NCBI GenBank assembly: GCA_964574895.1
Contig: CAZNPB010000001.1
Span: 18,665 to 82,664, forward strand
Direction: 5' to 3'
Source: an uncultured Eubacteriales bacterium
GTDB taxonomy: Bacteria; Acidobacteriota; Aminicenantia; Aminicenantales; Saccharicenantaceae
Length of the DNA stretch: 64,000 bases
The position numbers were made by a program, and so were the translations under genes. Positions 29,610-37,086 of this stretch are shown here, in pieces. Numbering within the stretch: position 1 is the first letter of the stretch; each line of letters opens with the position of its first letter. The notes below the pieces were generated by a model, which did no database searches, was not told the origin of the DNA, and saw only the letters and a program-made list of their open reading frames with translations.

Positions 29610-31463
29610 CTACCAGGCGATGCCGTAATCCTCGCCGTAGTTGCTGCTGCCGCCCCAGAACGTGCCGTGGGCCCGGTCGAAGAAGATGGCGTTGATCGGT
29701 CCCGAGGTCTGCTTCTTGACCGTCAGGATGTAGCCCATGGCCCGGAGCTTGTCCCTCACCTCGGGCGGCACCCGCTCGTTGATCTCCAGCTTGCCGGGGT
29801 AAGCCATATGACGCCCGAACGAGTCGTGCATCTGGAAGCTGTTGACGTTGGGGGCCTCGCAGGCCTGCTGGACGGTCATCCCGAACTCGACGACGTCGAG
29901 GAAGAACTGGAGCAGGTTCTGGTCCTGGGTGTCTCCGCCCTGGACGGCGAAGGACAGAAAAGGCCGGCCGTCTTTCAAGGCCAGTCCCGGGGTCAGCGTG
30001 GCCCGCGGCCTCTGGCCGGGGCGGACGACGTTGAAGGGGTTCTGGCGTTCCTCGAGGACGAAGCTCTGGGCCCGCTGGCTCAGGCCGACGCCGGTCCGGC
30101 CGGCCAGGACGCAGGGGATCCAGCCGCCGCTCGGCGTCACCGAGACCACCCAGCCCGCCTTGTCGGCCGCCTGGATGGAGGTCGTGCCGGAACGGAAGGA
30201 GGCCTCGACTTCGGCCGCCTGGGCCTCGTCGAGCGCCGCCGCGTCGCCCCGGCCCCAGTCGAGCCAGCCGTCGAGCAGAGAGCGATAGGGATTGGACCGG
30301 CCCTCGAAGGGAAAGGGATCGCCCGGCTTGACGTCGGGATCGTTCCGGTCGGGCCGGATAAGCTTGGCCCGGGCCCGGGCATAATCCTTCGAGAGCAGGC
30401 CGGCGATCGGCTCCGCGGGCGGAACGTAAGGGTCGCCGTAGTAGAAGTCGCGATCGGCGAAGGCCAGGTTCATGACCTGGTAAAGCGTGTGAATGTAGGC
30501 GGCGCTGTTGAGCCCCAGGGCCCGCAGGTCGATCGGTTCGAGCATGTTCAGGGCCTGGAGCATGACCGGGCCTTGGACCCAGGTCGTCAGCTTGAAGACA
30601 TCGATGCCTTTATAAGAGGTCGAGACCGGCTCCTCGAGCCGGACCTTCCAGGCCGCCAGGTCCTCCATCGTCATCAACCCGCCCTGCTCGCCCGTGCCGC
30701 GGACGAGCTCGCGGGCGATATCGCCCTTATAAAAACGGTCGTAGGCGGCGTAAATGGCCTCCCGCCGCGACCGGCCGGCGGCCAGCGCCAGGCGCTCGGC
30801 TTCGACGAGCTTGGCCAGCGTCGCGGCCAGATCGGGCTGGCGGAAGATCTCGCCCGGGTAGGGCGCCTCGCGGTCCTGGCCGGCGTGAGGCAACAGGACG
30901 GCCCGCGAATAGGGCCACTCCTTGATGCGGCCCTTGTCCTTCTCGATCCGGTCCGCCGTTTCCCGGTCGATGGGGTATCCTTCGGCCATCCGCTGGGCCG
31001 GGGCCAGGACCTCGGCCAGGCTCATGGTCCCGTACTCGGCCAGCATGGTCAGGAGCCCGCCCGGCGTGCCGGGCGTCACCGCGGCCAGGGGACCGTATTC
31101 GGGAGGATAAGCCAGGCCCCGGTCTTTGAAGAACCGCGGCGTGGCCCCGGTCGGAGCGACGCCCAAGGCGTTGACGCCGATGACCTTCCCCGTCCCGGGA
31201 TGATAGATGAGGGCCTGGGTCTCCCCGCCCCAGCTCAGGACGTCGTACATGGTGCAGACGGCGCCGAGCATGGCGCAGGCCGCGTCGACGGCGTTGCCGC
31301 CTTTGGCGAAGATCAGGGCCCCGGCCGTGGCGCCCAGCGGCTTGCCCGTGATGGCCACCCATTCTTTGCCGTGCAGGACCGGCTTCTCGGTCCGTTGGCC
31401 GTAGGCCTCCCCCGCCGAGAGGCCCAGAGCCAGGACGAGAACGGCCATGACGATCGCTTTCAT
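29610..31463 (-). CDS. ggt: Gamma-glutamyltransferase family Ntn-hydrolase, secreted
   Basis: Signal peptide. GGT-like large and small subunit regions, with a nucleophile-Thr region (SGTTSIQAAD). Confidence 0.8.
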   Translation of the reverse strand: MKAIVMAVLVLALGLSAGEAYGQRTEKPVLHGKEWVAITGKPLGATAGALIFAKGGNAVDAACAMLGAVCTMYDVLSWGGETQALIYHPGTGKVIGVNALGVAPTGATPRFFKDRGLAYPPEYGPLAAVTPGTPGGLLTMLAEYGTMSLAEVLAPAQRMAEGYPIDRETADRIEKDKGRIKEWPYSRAVLLPHAGQDREAPYPGEIFRQPDLAATLAKLVEAERLALAAGRSRREAIYAAYDRFYKGDIARELVRGTGEQGGLMTMEDLAAWKVRLEEPVSTSYKGIDVFKLTTWVQGPVMLQALNMLEPIDLRALGLNSAAYIHTLYQVMNLAFADRDFYYGDPYVPPAEPIAGLLSKDYARARAKLIRPDRNDPDVKPGDPFPFEGRSNPYRSLLDGWLDWGRGDAAALDEAQAAEVEASFRSGTTSIQAADKAGWVVSVTPSGGWIPCVLAGRTGVGLSQRAQSFVLEERQNPFNVVRPGQRPRATLTPGLALKDGRPFLSFAVQGGDTQDQNLLQFFLDVVEFGMTVQQACEAPNVNSFQMHDSFGRHMAYPGKLEINERVPPEVRDKLRAMGYILTVKKQTSGPINAIFFDRAHGTFWGGSSNYGEDYGIAW

Positions 31464-31496
31464 CGACGCCTCCTTGCGCGTTCGGGCGAGGCCCTG

Positions 31497-32420
31497 TCAG
31501 GGGTCGCGCCGGTCGAGATCGTAGCTGAAGCCGAGGGCCACGCCCCGGCCGCCGCAGGCCAGCGTCGGCACCAGCCTCGGCCGCCGGTCGTGGCCGCGGA
31601 CGACCAGCCGGGCGACCAGGTGGCCGACCACGGCGCCGGCGACGACGTCCGAAAGCCAATGCTTGTCCAAAGCCATTCGCGACAGGCCCACGGCCGCGGC
31701 GGCGCCGTAGGCCGCGATCCCCACCCAGGGCGAGCGGGAGCGCAGGGAGACCACCGTGGCCAGGGCGAAGGCGGACGCGGTGTGACCGGACGGGAACGAT
31801 TCGTAGAAATCGCTGCGGCCCGACTCGAAGCGCTTGAAGAAGGCCCCCGGGCCGGCCCAGTGATCGAGCCCGTCGGCCGCGGACGGCCGTTGCCGGCCGG
31901 ACACGCCCTTCAGGACCGCGTCGACGAGGAAGGTCTGGAGCACGGCGCTGGCCGCCAGGTACCCGGTGTCCCGGACCCGGGCGTCCTTGAAGAGGAGGCC
32001 GGCTCCGAACAAAGCCCCGGCCGCGGCGAAGCCGCCCAGGCCGCCGATCTCGGTGACCACGGGCGCGACGTCGCCGACCCAGGGATACCGGCCGGACCAG
32101 GAATGAACGGCGTCGCGGCTGGACCCGTCCGTGGCGATCAGGACGCCGGTGACCGCGCCCAGGACGAACAGGGGCGCCACGTCCTTGGCCCGCAGGCGGG
32201 CCGGCGCCGACCAGATCCGGCCGGCGTCGCGCAGGAACTCCCGCCCGGCCTCCCGAGGCGTCAAGCGGTCCGCCGCTTCCTCGCGGGAACGGGCGCCGGG
32301 CCCGGCGGCCCGGTCCGGGCCCGCCGCCGCGCCGACGGCGGGCGGGACGACGGCCAGCCAAACGGACAGCGCGACGAGGGCCCGACGGGGCCTGACGGGA
32401 CGGATCTCGAGGCCTGGCAT
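31497..32420 (-). CDS. PAP2-superfamily membrane phosphatase
   Basis: This is the C-terminal 307 codons of ORF 31497..34814. It has the PAP2 motifs KxxxxxxRP (KGVSGRQRP), PSGH (FPSGHTAS) and SRxxxxxHxxxD (SRMALDKHWLSD). The ATG at 32420 sits 7 nt after a TATAAT. Confidence 0.85.
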   Translation of the reverse strand: MPGLEIRPVRPRRALVALSVWLAVVPPAVGAAAGPDRAAGPGARSREEAADRLTPREAGREFLRDAGRIWSAPARLRAKDVAPLFVLGAVTGVLIATDGSSRDAVHSWSGRYPWVGDVAPVVTEIGGLGGFAAAGALFGAGLLFKDARVRDTGYLAASAVLQTFLVDAVLKGVSGRQRPSAADGLDHWAGPGAFFKRFESGRSDFYESFPSGHTASAFALATVVSLRSRSPWVGIAAYGAAAAVGLSRMALDKHWLSDVVAGAVVGHLVARLVVRGHDRRPRLVPTLACGGRGVALGFSYDLDRRDP

Positions 32421-32427
32421 CGACGCG

Positions 32428-32433
32428 ATTATA
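32428..32433 (-). promoter_or_regulatory. -10 TATAAT placed for a leaderless PAP2 transcript
   Basis: The minus strand reads ggtgTATAATcgcgtcgATG. There are only 7 nt between the hexamer and the start codon, and no RBS. Confidence 0.45.
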
Positions 32434-32468
32434 CACCATCCCGCTCCGTTCCCGCGCCCGATCCCCTG

Positions 32469-32477
32469 TGCTATAAT
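32469..32477 (+). promoter_or_regulatory. Extended -10 promoter (TGCTATAAT) for the dehydrogenase operon
   Basis: ctgTGCTATAAT lies 52 nt upstream of the ATG at 32529. GAGGAGGG RBS at 32511..32518. Confidence 0.55.
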
Positions 32478-32528
32478 ACGCGCCTTTAGCCGGCCTCCCG
32501 ACGAAGAGACGAGGAGGGAGAAGCGCCC

Positions 32529-34643
32529 ATGTACCGCATCGATCGACATCCGATCCTTCCCATTCCCTCCCGGCCCCGGATCTCCTTCACTTGGAAGGGA
32601 CAGCCCCTGGAGGCCGTCGAAGGGGAGACCATTTCGTCGGCCCTGTTCGCCGCCGGCATCCGCTTGTTCGGCCACCACGCCAAGGACGGCGCCGCCCAGG
32701 GCATCTTCTGCGCCAACGGCCAGTGCGCCCAGTGCCTGGTCCTGGCCGACGGCGTTCCCGTCAAGTCGTGCATGGAGCTCGTCCGGCCGGGCCTTCGCGT
32801 CGAACCCGCCGAGGGGCTGCCCGAGCTGCCCCGCGTCGAGGCCGCGGGCCCCGTCCTGGCGGGCGCCCGGCCGATCGAGACCGTCCGCGTGCCGGTCCTG
32901 ATCATCGGCGGCGGGCCGGCCGGCCTGTCGGCCGCGATCGAGCTCGGCCGCCGGGGCGTCGAGACCCTGCTCATCGACGACAAGCACCGGCTCGGCGGCA
33001 AGCTGGTCCTCCAGACCCACCGTTTCTTCGGCTCCATCGAAGCCGTCTATGCGGGCACCCGGGGCATCGATATCGCGACCCGTCTGGAGAGCGAGGCCCG
33101 GGCCTTCCCCTGCGTCAAGGTCTGGCTCCAGAGCGCGGCCCTGGCCGTTTTCAGCGACCGCAAGGTCGGCGTCCTGGCCGGCGGCGACCGCTACGTCCTG
33201 GTCGAGCCGGACATCCTCCTCGTCACCTCGGGGGCCCGGGAAAAGAACCTGGCTTTCCCCGGCAACACCCTGCCCGGCGTTTACGGGGCCGGCGCCTTTC
33301 AGACGCTGGTCAACCGCGACCTGGTCAAGCCGACCGAGCGGCTGTTCATCGTCGGCGGCGGCAACGTCGGGCTCATCGCCGGCTACCACGCCCTGCAGGC
33401 CGGCATCGCCGTCGTCGGGCTGGTCGAAGTGCTGCCCGAATGCGGCGGCTACAAGGTCCATCGCGACAAGCTGGCCCGGCTGGGCGTGCCCGTCTACACC
33501 TCGCATACGGTCGTCAGCGCCAACGGCGCGGAGTCCGTCGAGTCGGTCACCATCGCCCGCGTGGACAGGGCCTTCAAGCCCGTCCCGGGGACGGAGCGGT
33601 CCTTCGCCTGCGACACCCTGCTCATCGCCGTCGGCCTGGACCCGGTCAACGAATTCTACGAGAAGGCCCGCGAGTTCGGCCTGCCCGCCTTCGCCGCCGG
33701 AGACGCCGAGGAGATCGCCGAGGCCTCGGCGGCCATCTTCTCCGGCAAGATCCGCGGCCTCGAAGTGGCCCGGGCCCTGGGCCGCGACGTCGGCGAGATC
33801 TCGCCCGACTGGTACCGGACGGCCGACATCCTGAAGTCGAAGCCGGGCGCGACGGTCCACGAGCGCACGCCGGTCGAGGAGAGCGGCGTTTTCCCGGTCA
33901 TCCACTGCAACCAGGAGATCCCCTGCGACCCCTGCACGGCCGTCTGCCCCAACGACCTCATCGACATGGACGAGACGGACATCCGCCGCCTGCCGAGCTT
34001 CGTCGGCGCCAAGGACGGCCGGGGCTGCACGGGCTGCGAGAAGTGCGTGGCCATCTGTCCCGGGCTGGCCATCACCCTGGTCGACTACCGCAAGGACGCC
34101 GGGTTCCCGACCGTGGCCATCCCCTTCGAGTTCCCCAAGGACCGCCTCGGGCCGGGCGACCGCGTCGTCGTCGAGGACACCGAGGGCCGGCCGCTCGGCG
34201 AGGTCGAAGTGGCCGCGGTCAAGGCCCTCAAGATCAACGACCGCACGGTCATCGTCAAGGTCCGGGCCCCCCGGGCCTACGCCAAGGCGATCGCCGGGCT
34301 GCGCCTCCAGCCGGCCGAGACCGCCGAGCCCCTGGCCCGCTATGTCGAGCGCACGGCCGACGACGTCATCATCTGCCGCTGCGAGCGGGTGACGGCCGGC
34401 GAGATCCGCCGGCTCATCCGCGAGGGCGTCCGGGACATCAGCGAGATCAAGGCCGTCACCCGGGCCAGCATGGGCTCCTGCGGGGCCAAGACCTGCACCC
34501 CGCTCATCCACCGGCTGTTCCGCGAGGAGGCCGTGCCCGACGCCGAGGTCGTCGACCAGCCCAAGCGTCCCCTGTTCCTGGAGGTCCCGTTGGGGACCTT
34601 CGCCGGCCTGGGCGGAAAGGACAACGGCCATGATAACGCCTAG
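32529..34643 (+). CDS. Multi-domain oxidoreductase alpha subunit: N-terminal 2Fe-2S domain + FAD/NAD(P) pyridine-nucleotide-disulfide-oxidoreductase fold + 2x[4Fe-4S] ferredoxin + BFD-like [2Fe-2S]
   Basis: Sarcosine-oxidase-alpha/HcnA-like N-terminus (ISSALFAAG...CANGQCAQC). GxGxxG motifs IIGGGPAGLSAA and IVGGGNVGL. Cys clusters CNQEIPCDPCTAVCP and CTGCEKCVAICP. BFD-like CRCERVTAGEI...CGAKTC. Confidence 0.8.
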   Translation: MYRIDRHPILPIPSRPRISFTWKGQPLEAVEGETISSALFAAGIRLFGHHAKDGAAQGIFCANGQCAQCLVLADGVPVKSCMELVRPGLRVEPAEGLPELPRVEAAGPVLAGARPIETVRVPVLIIGGGPAGLSAAIELGRRGVETLLIDDKHRLGGKLVLQTHRFFGSIEAVYAGTRGIDIATRLESEARAFPCVKVWLQSAALAVFSDRKVGVLAGGDRYVLVEPDILLVTSGAREKNLAFPGNTLPGVYGAGAFQTLVNRDLVKPTERLFIVGGGNVGLIAGYHALQAGIAVVGLVEVLPECGGYKVHRDKLARLGVPVYTSHTVVSANGAESVESVTIARVDRAFKPVPGTERSFACDTLLIAVGLDPVNEFYEKAREFGLPAFAAGDAEEIAEASAAIFSGKIRGLEVARALGRDVGEISPDWYRTADILKSKPGATVHERTPVEESGVFPVIHCNQEIPCDPCTAVCPNDLIDMDETDIRRLPSFVGAKDGRGCTGCEKCVAICPGLAITLVDYRKDAGFPTVAIPFEFPKDRLGPGDRVVVEDTEGRPLGEVEVAAVKALKINDRTVIVKVRAPRAYAKAIAGLRLQPAETAEPLARYVERTADDVIICRCERVTAGEIRRLIREGVRDISEIKAVTRASMGSCGAKTCTPLIHRLFREEAVPDAEVVDQPKRPLFLEVPLGTFAGLGGKDNGHDNA

Positions 34644-35790
34644 GAGCTTCGACGTCGTCGTCATCGGCGCCGGCAGCGTCGGCGCGCCCGCGGCCCTGTC
34701 GCTGGCCGAAGCCGGGCTCAAGGTCCTGGCCCTCGACCGGGCCCCCAGCGTGGGCCAGGGCTCCAACAAGCGGGCCATCGGCGGCCTGCGGGCCACCCAC
34801 TCGGACCCGGCCAAGATCCGCCTCTGCCTGCGCTCGCTCGAGATCTTCGCGACCTGGCGGGACCGTTACGGCGACGACATCGAATGGTACAAGGGCGGCT
34901 ACAGCTACGTGGCCTACCGGCCGGAGGAAGAGCGGACGCTCAAGGACCTCCTGGTCGTCCAGAAGGCCTCCGGCCTGAACATCGATTGGCTCGACGCGCC
35001 CGCCCTCCTCGGGGTCATCCCCGACCTCAACCGGGACGGCCTCATCGGCGGCACGTTCTCCCCCGACGACGGCAACGCCTCCCCGCTCCTGGCCGTCCAC
35101 GCCTTCTACGCCCGGGCCAGGGCGCTGGGGGCCGAGTTCCGCTTCAACGAGGTCGTCACCGGGCTTCTCACGGCCGGCGGCCGCGTCTCCGGCGTCCGCA
35201 CGGACAAGGGCGAATACGCCGCCCCCATCGTCATCAACGCGGCCGGGCCCTGGGGCGCGGAGGTGGCGGCCATGGCCGGCCTGGACGTCCCCGTCCGTCC
35301 GGATTCACACGAAGGCGCCGTGACCGAAGCCGTGGCCCGGTTCCTGGGGCCCATGGTCGTCGATATCCGCCCCGTGGCCGGCTCGGCCAATTACTATTTC
35401 TACCAGCACGCCACCGGCCAGGTGATCTTCTGCATCACCCCCAGCCCCAGCCTTTGGGGCACGGACCTCCGCGAGACGAGCTCGTTCCTGCCGATGGTCG
35501 CCAGCCGCATGGTCGACCTCATGCCGCGCCTCAAGAACCTCCGCGTCCGGCGGACCTGGCGGGGCCTCTACCCGATGACCCCCGACGGCTTTCCCATCGT
35601 CGGCTGGGCCCGCGAGCTCGAGGGCTATCTGCTGGCCGTCGGGATGTGCGGCCAGGGCTTCATGCTCGGGCCCGGCCTGGGCGAGCTCGTCAGCCGGATG
35701 GTCCGGGGCGCGGAGACCGGCGACGACCGCGAGACGCTCGCCTACTTGAGCCCCTACCGGGAGTTCAAGGGCCAGGAGAAGCTGAAGTAG
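34630..35790 (+). CDS. FAD-dependent oxidoreductase beta subunit (DAO family; sarcosine oxidase beta / proline dehydrogenase beta / HcnC / OoxB-like)
   Basis: N-terminal dinucleotide fold FDVVVIGAGSVGAPAAL. Overlaps the alpha gene by 14 nt. Confidence 0.8.
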   Translation: MITPRSFDVVVIGAGSVGAPAALSLAEAGLKVLALDRAPSVGQGSNKRAIGGLRATHSDPAKIRLCLRSLEIFATWRDRYGDDIEWYKGGYSYVAYRPEEERTLKDLLVVQKASGLNIDWLDAPALLGVIPDLNRDGLIGGTFSPDDGNASPLLAVHAFYARARALGAEFRFNEVVTGLLTAGGRVSGVRTDKGEYAAPIVINAAGPWGAEVAAMAGLDVPVRPDSHEGAVTEAVARFLGPMVVDIRPVAGSANYYFYQHATGQVIFCITPSPSLWGTDLRETSSFLPMVASRMVDLMPRLKNLRVRRTWRGLYPMTPDGFPIVGWARELEGYLLAVGMCGQGFMLGPGLGELVSRMVRGAETGDDRETLAYLSPYREFKGQEKLK

Positions 35791-36433
35791 GCCGGCGGCC
35801 TTTCCGCTTCCGGGCCAGCCAGACGGCCAGTCGGAGCAGGATGGCCGCGGCGGCGAAGAGGGCCACCGGCAGGCTCAAGGAAGGCAGGAAGGGCCGGAAC
35901 GTCCGGAAGTATCTTCCCCAGCTCGGCGCCTTGAGCCCCGCGGTGTGGGCCAGGCCCAGGGCCAACCCCGCGTATCCCGCATAACGCAGAAAGGCCCTCC
36001 AGGTTCGGGGTCCCAGCCGCCCCCGGGCCCCGTCGTTCGAGGCCAGGGCCATGAGGGCGAAGAGGACGAGCGCCAGGAGGCCCAGGAATTCGGCGTGTCG
36101 GGTCCCGGGCCCGCTCTCGGATCGCAGCCCCAGGACCGGCAGGAGAACATGTTCGACCGCGCCGTGAGCCAGCCCGACCCAGAACCCCGCCAGGCCCACG
36201 TTCTTCCGGTAGGCCAGCCCCTTGGCGCCGCCGCGGGAAAAATACGAAAAGCCGGTCAAAGCCATGGACAGGGCGATCATGAACAGGGAGGCGGTGCCGA
36301 GCGATTTGTTGACGATGGTCGCGTCGAAGCGCCAGATCCCGTCTTTCAGGGATTGGCGGACGAAGAAGTAGCCGCTGCTGAACGCCACCGCGGCCAGGGC
36401 CGCGGTCCAGGAGCGAAAACGAATCCCGCTCAT
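35765..36433 (-). CDS. Integral membrane protein (about 6 TM, conserved His in TM segments; possibly ferric-reductase/MsrQ-like)
   Basis: Its start overlaps the upstream gene's stop by 4 nt. Hydrophobic segments carry GLAHGAVEH and GLAHTAG. The functional assignment is weak. Confidence 0.55.
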   Translation of the reverse strand: MSGIRFRSWTAALAAVAFSSGYFFVRQSLKDGIWRFDATIVNKSLGTASLFMIALSMALTGFSYFSRGGAKGLAYRKNVGLAGFWVGLAHGAVEHVLLPVLGLRSESGPGTRHAEFLGLLALVLFALMALASNDGARGRLGPRTWRAFLRYAGYAGLALGLAHTAGLKAPSWGRYFRTFRPFLPSLSLPVALFAAAAILLRLAVWLARKRKGRRPTSASPGP

Positions 36434-37086
36434 CCGAAAACGAGCTCGCCGAAGAACTCGGGACGGTGGAAATCGGGCCTCGGCGTCCCGACCGGGCTCC
36501 AGGCCCCGTAGTGCGGCAGAGGGGTGTCATCGCCGCATTTGTAGAAGTTGGCGGCGGCCCGCCGGCCCGCGGCGATCCCTTCCCCGTAGAGCTTCCGGAA
36601 AAGCTCGAGGGGGATGTTGTACCAGACGGTCCAGTTGTCGGCGACTCCCGCCCAGACCTCCGAACCGGCGTGGACGGAGGAGCCGGCCAGGTCCTCCGGC
36701 CAGAGCGGCAGGCGATGATCGCGGTCGGGGCCAAAGGCGGCCAGGAGCGTGCCGCGGGCGTTCATCTCGAAATTGATATAGCCCAGCTTCTTCTCCGGGA
36801 AGGCGTCGACGAAGAACTCGACGCAGCTGTCCTTGTAGACGGGATCCTGGAACTTCGTGTAGCGCGGCGGGGCCGGCTTCTCCGCGACGCGGAACTTGAC
36901 ATAGAGGAACCGGTCGGACCAGCACACTTGCGCTTCGACCCGGGGCCGGTAGCCGTTCGTCAACCAGAGGTAGTGGTCTACCGCCAGCGAAGGGAGGTCG
37001 TCCCAAGGCTCAGGCCCCGACTCCTCGTAACCGAAATCCTCGACCCGTCTGACCGTGTAGGCGGGCCGCCCGGCCGGGTCCGTCAC
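36430..37086 (-). CDS. Carbohydrate-binding family 9-like (DOMON-like) protein, no signal peptide
   Basis: Sequence pattern typical of CBM9-like proteins (DSCVEFFVD...YINFEMNARGT). Translationally coupled on both sides (4-nt overlaps). Confidence 0.65.
   Translation of the reverse strand: MTDPAGRPAYTVRRVEDFGYEESGPEPWDDLPSLAVDHYLWLTNGYRPRVEAQVCWSDRFLYVKFRVAEKPAPPRYTKFQDPVYKDSCVEFFVDAFPEKKLGYINFEMNARGTLLAAFGPDRDHRLPLWPEDLAGSSVHAGSEVWAGVADNWTVWYNIPLELFRKLYGEGIAAGRRAAANFYKCGDDTPLPHYGAWSPVGTPRPDFHRPEFFGELVFG

Noticed and set aside
32421-34814. N-terminal ~800 codons of the 1105-aa minus-strand ORF 31497..34814
   Set aside because: Only the last 307 codons show PAP2 motifs and TM segments. The upstream part is antisense to the well-supported dehydrogenase alpha gene and is compositional read-through.
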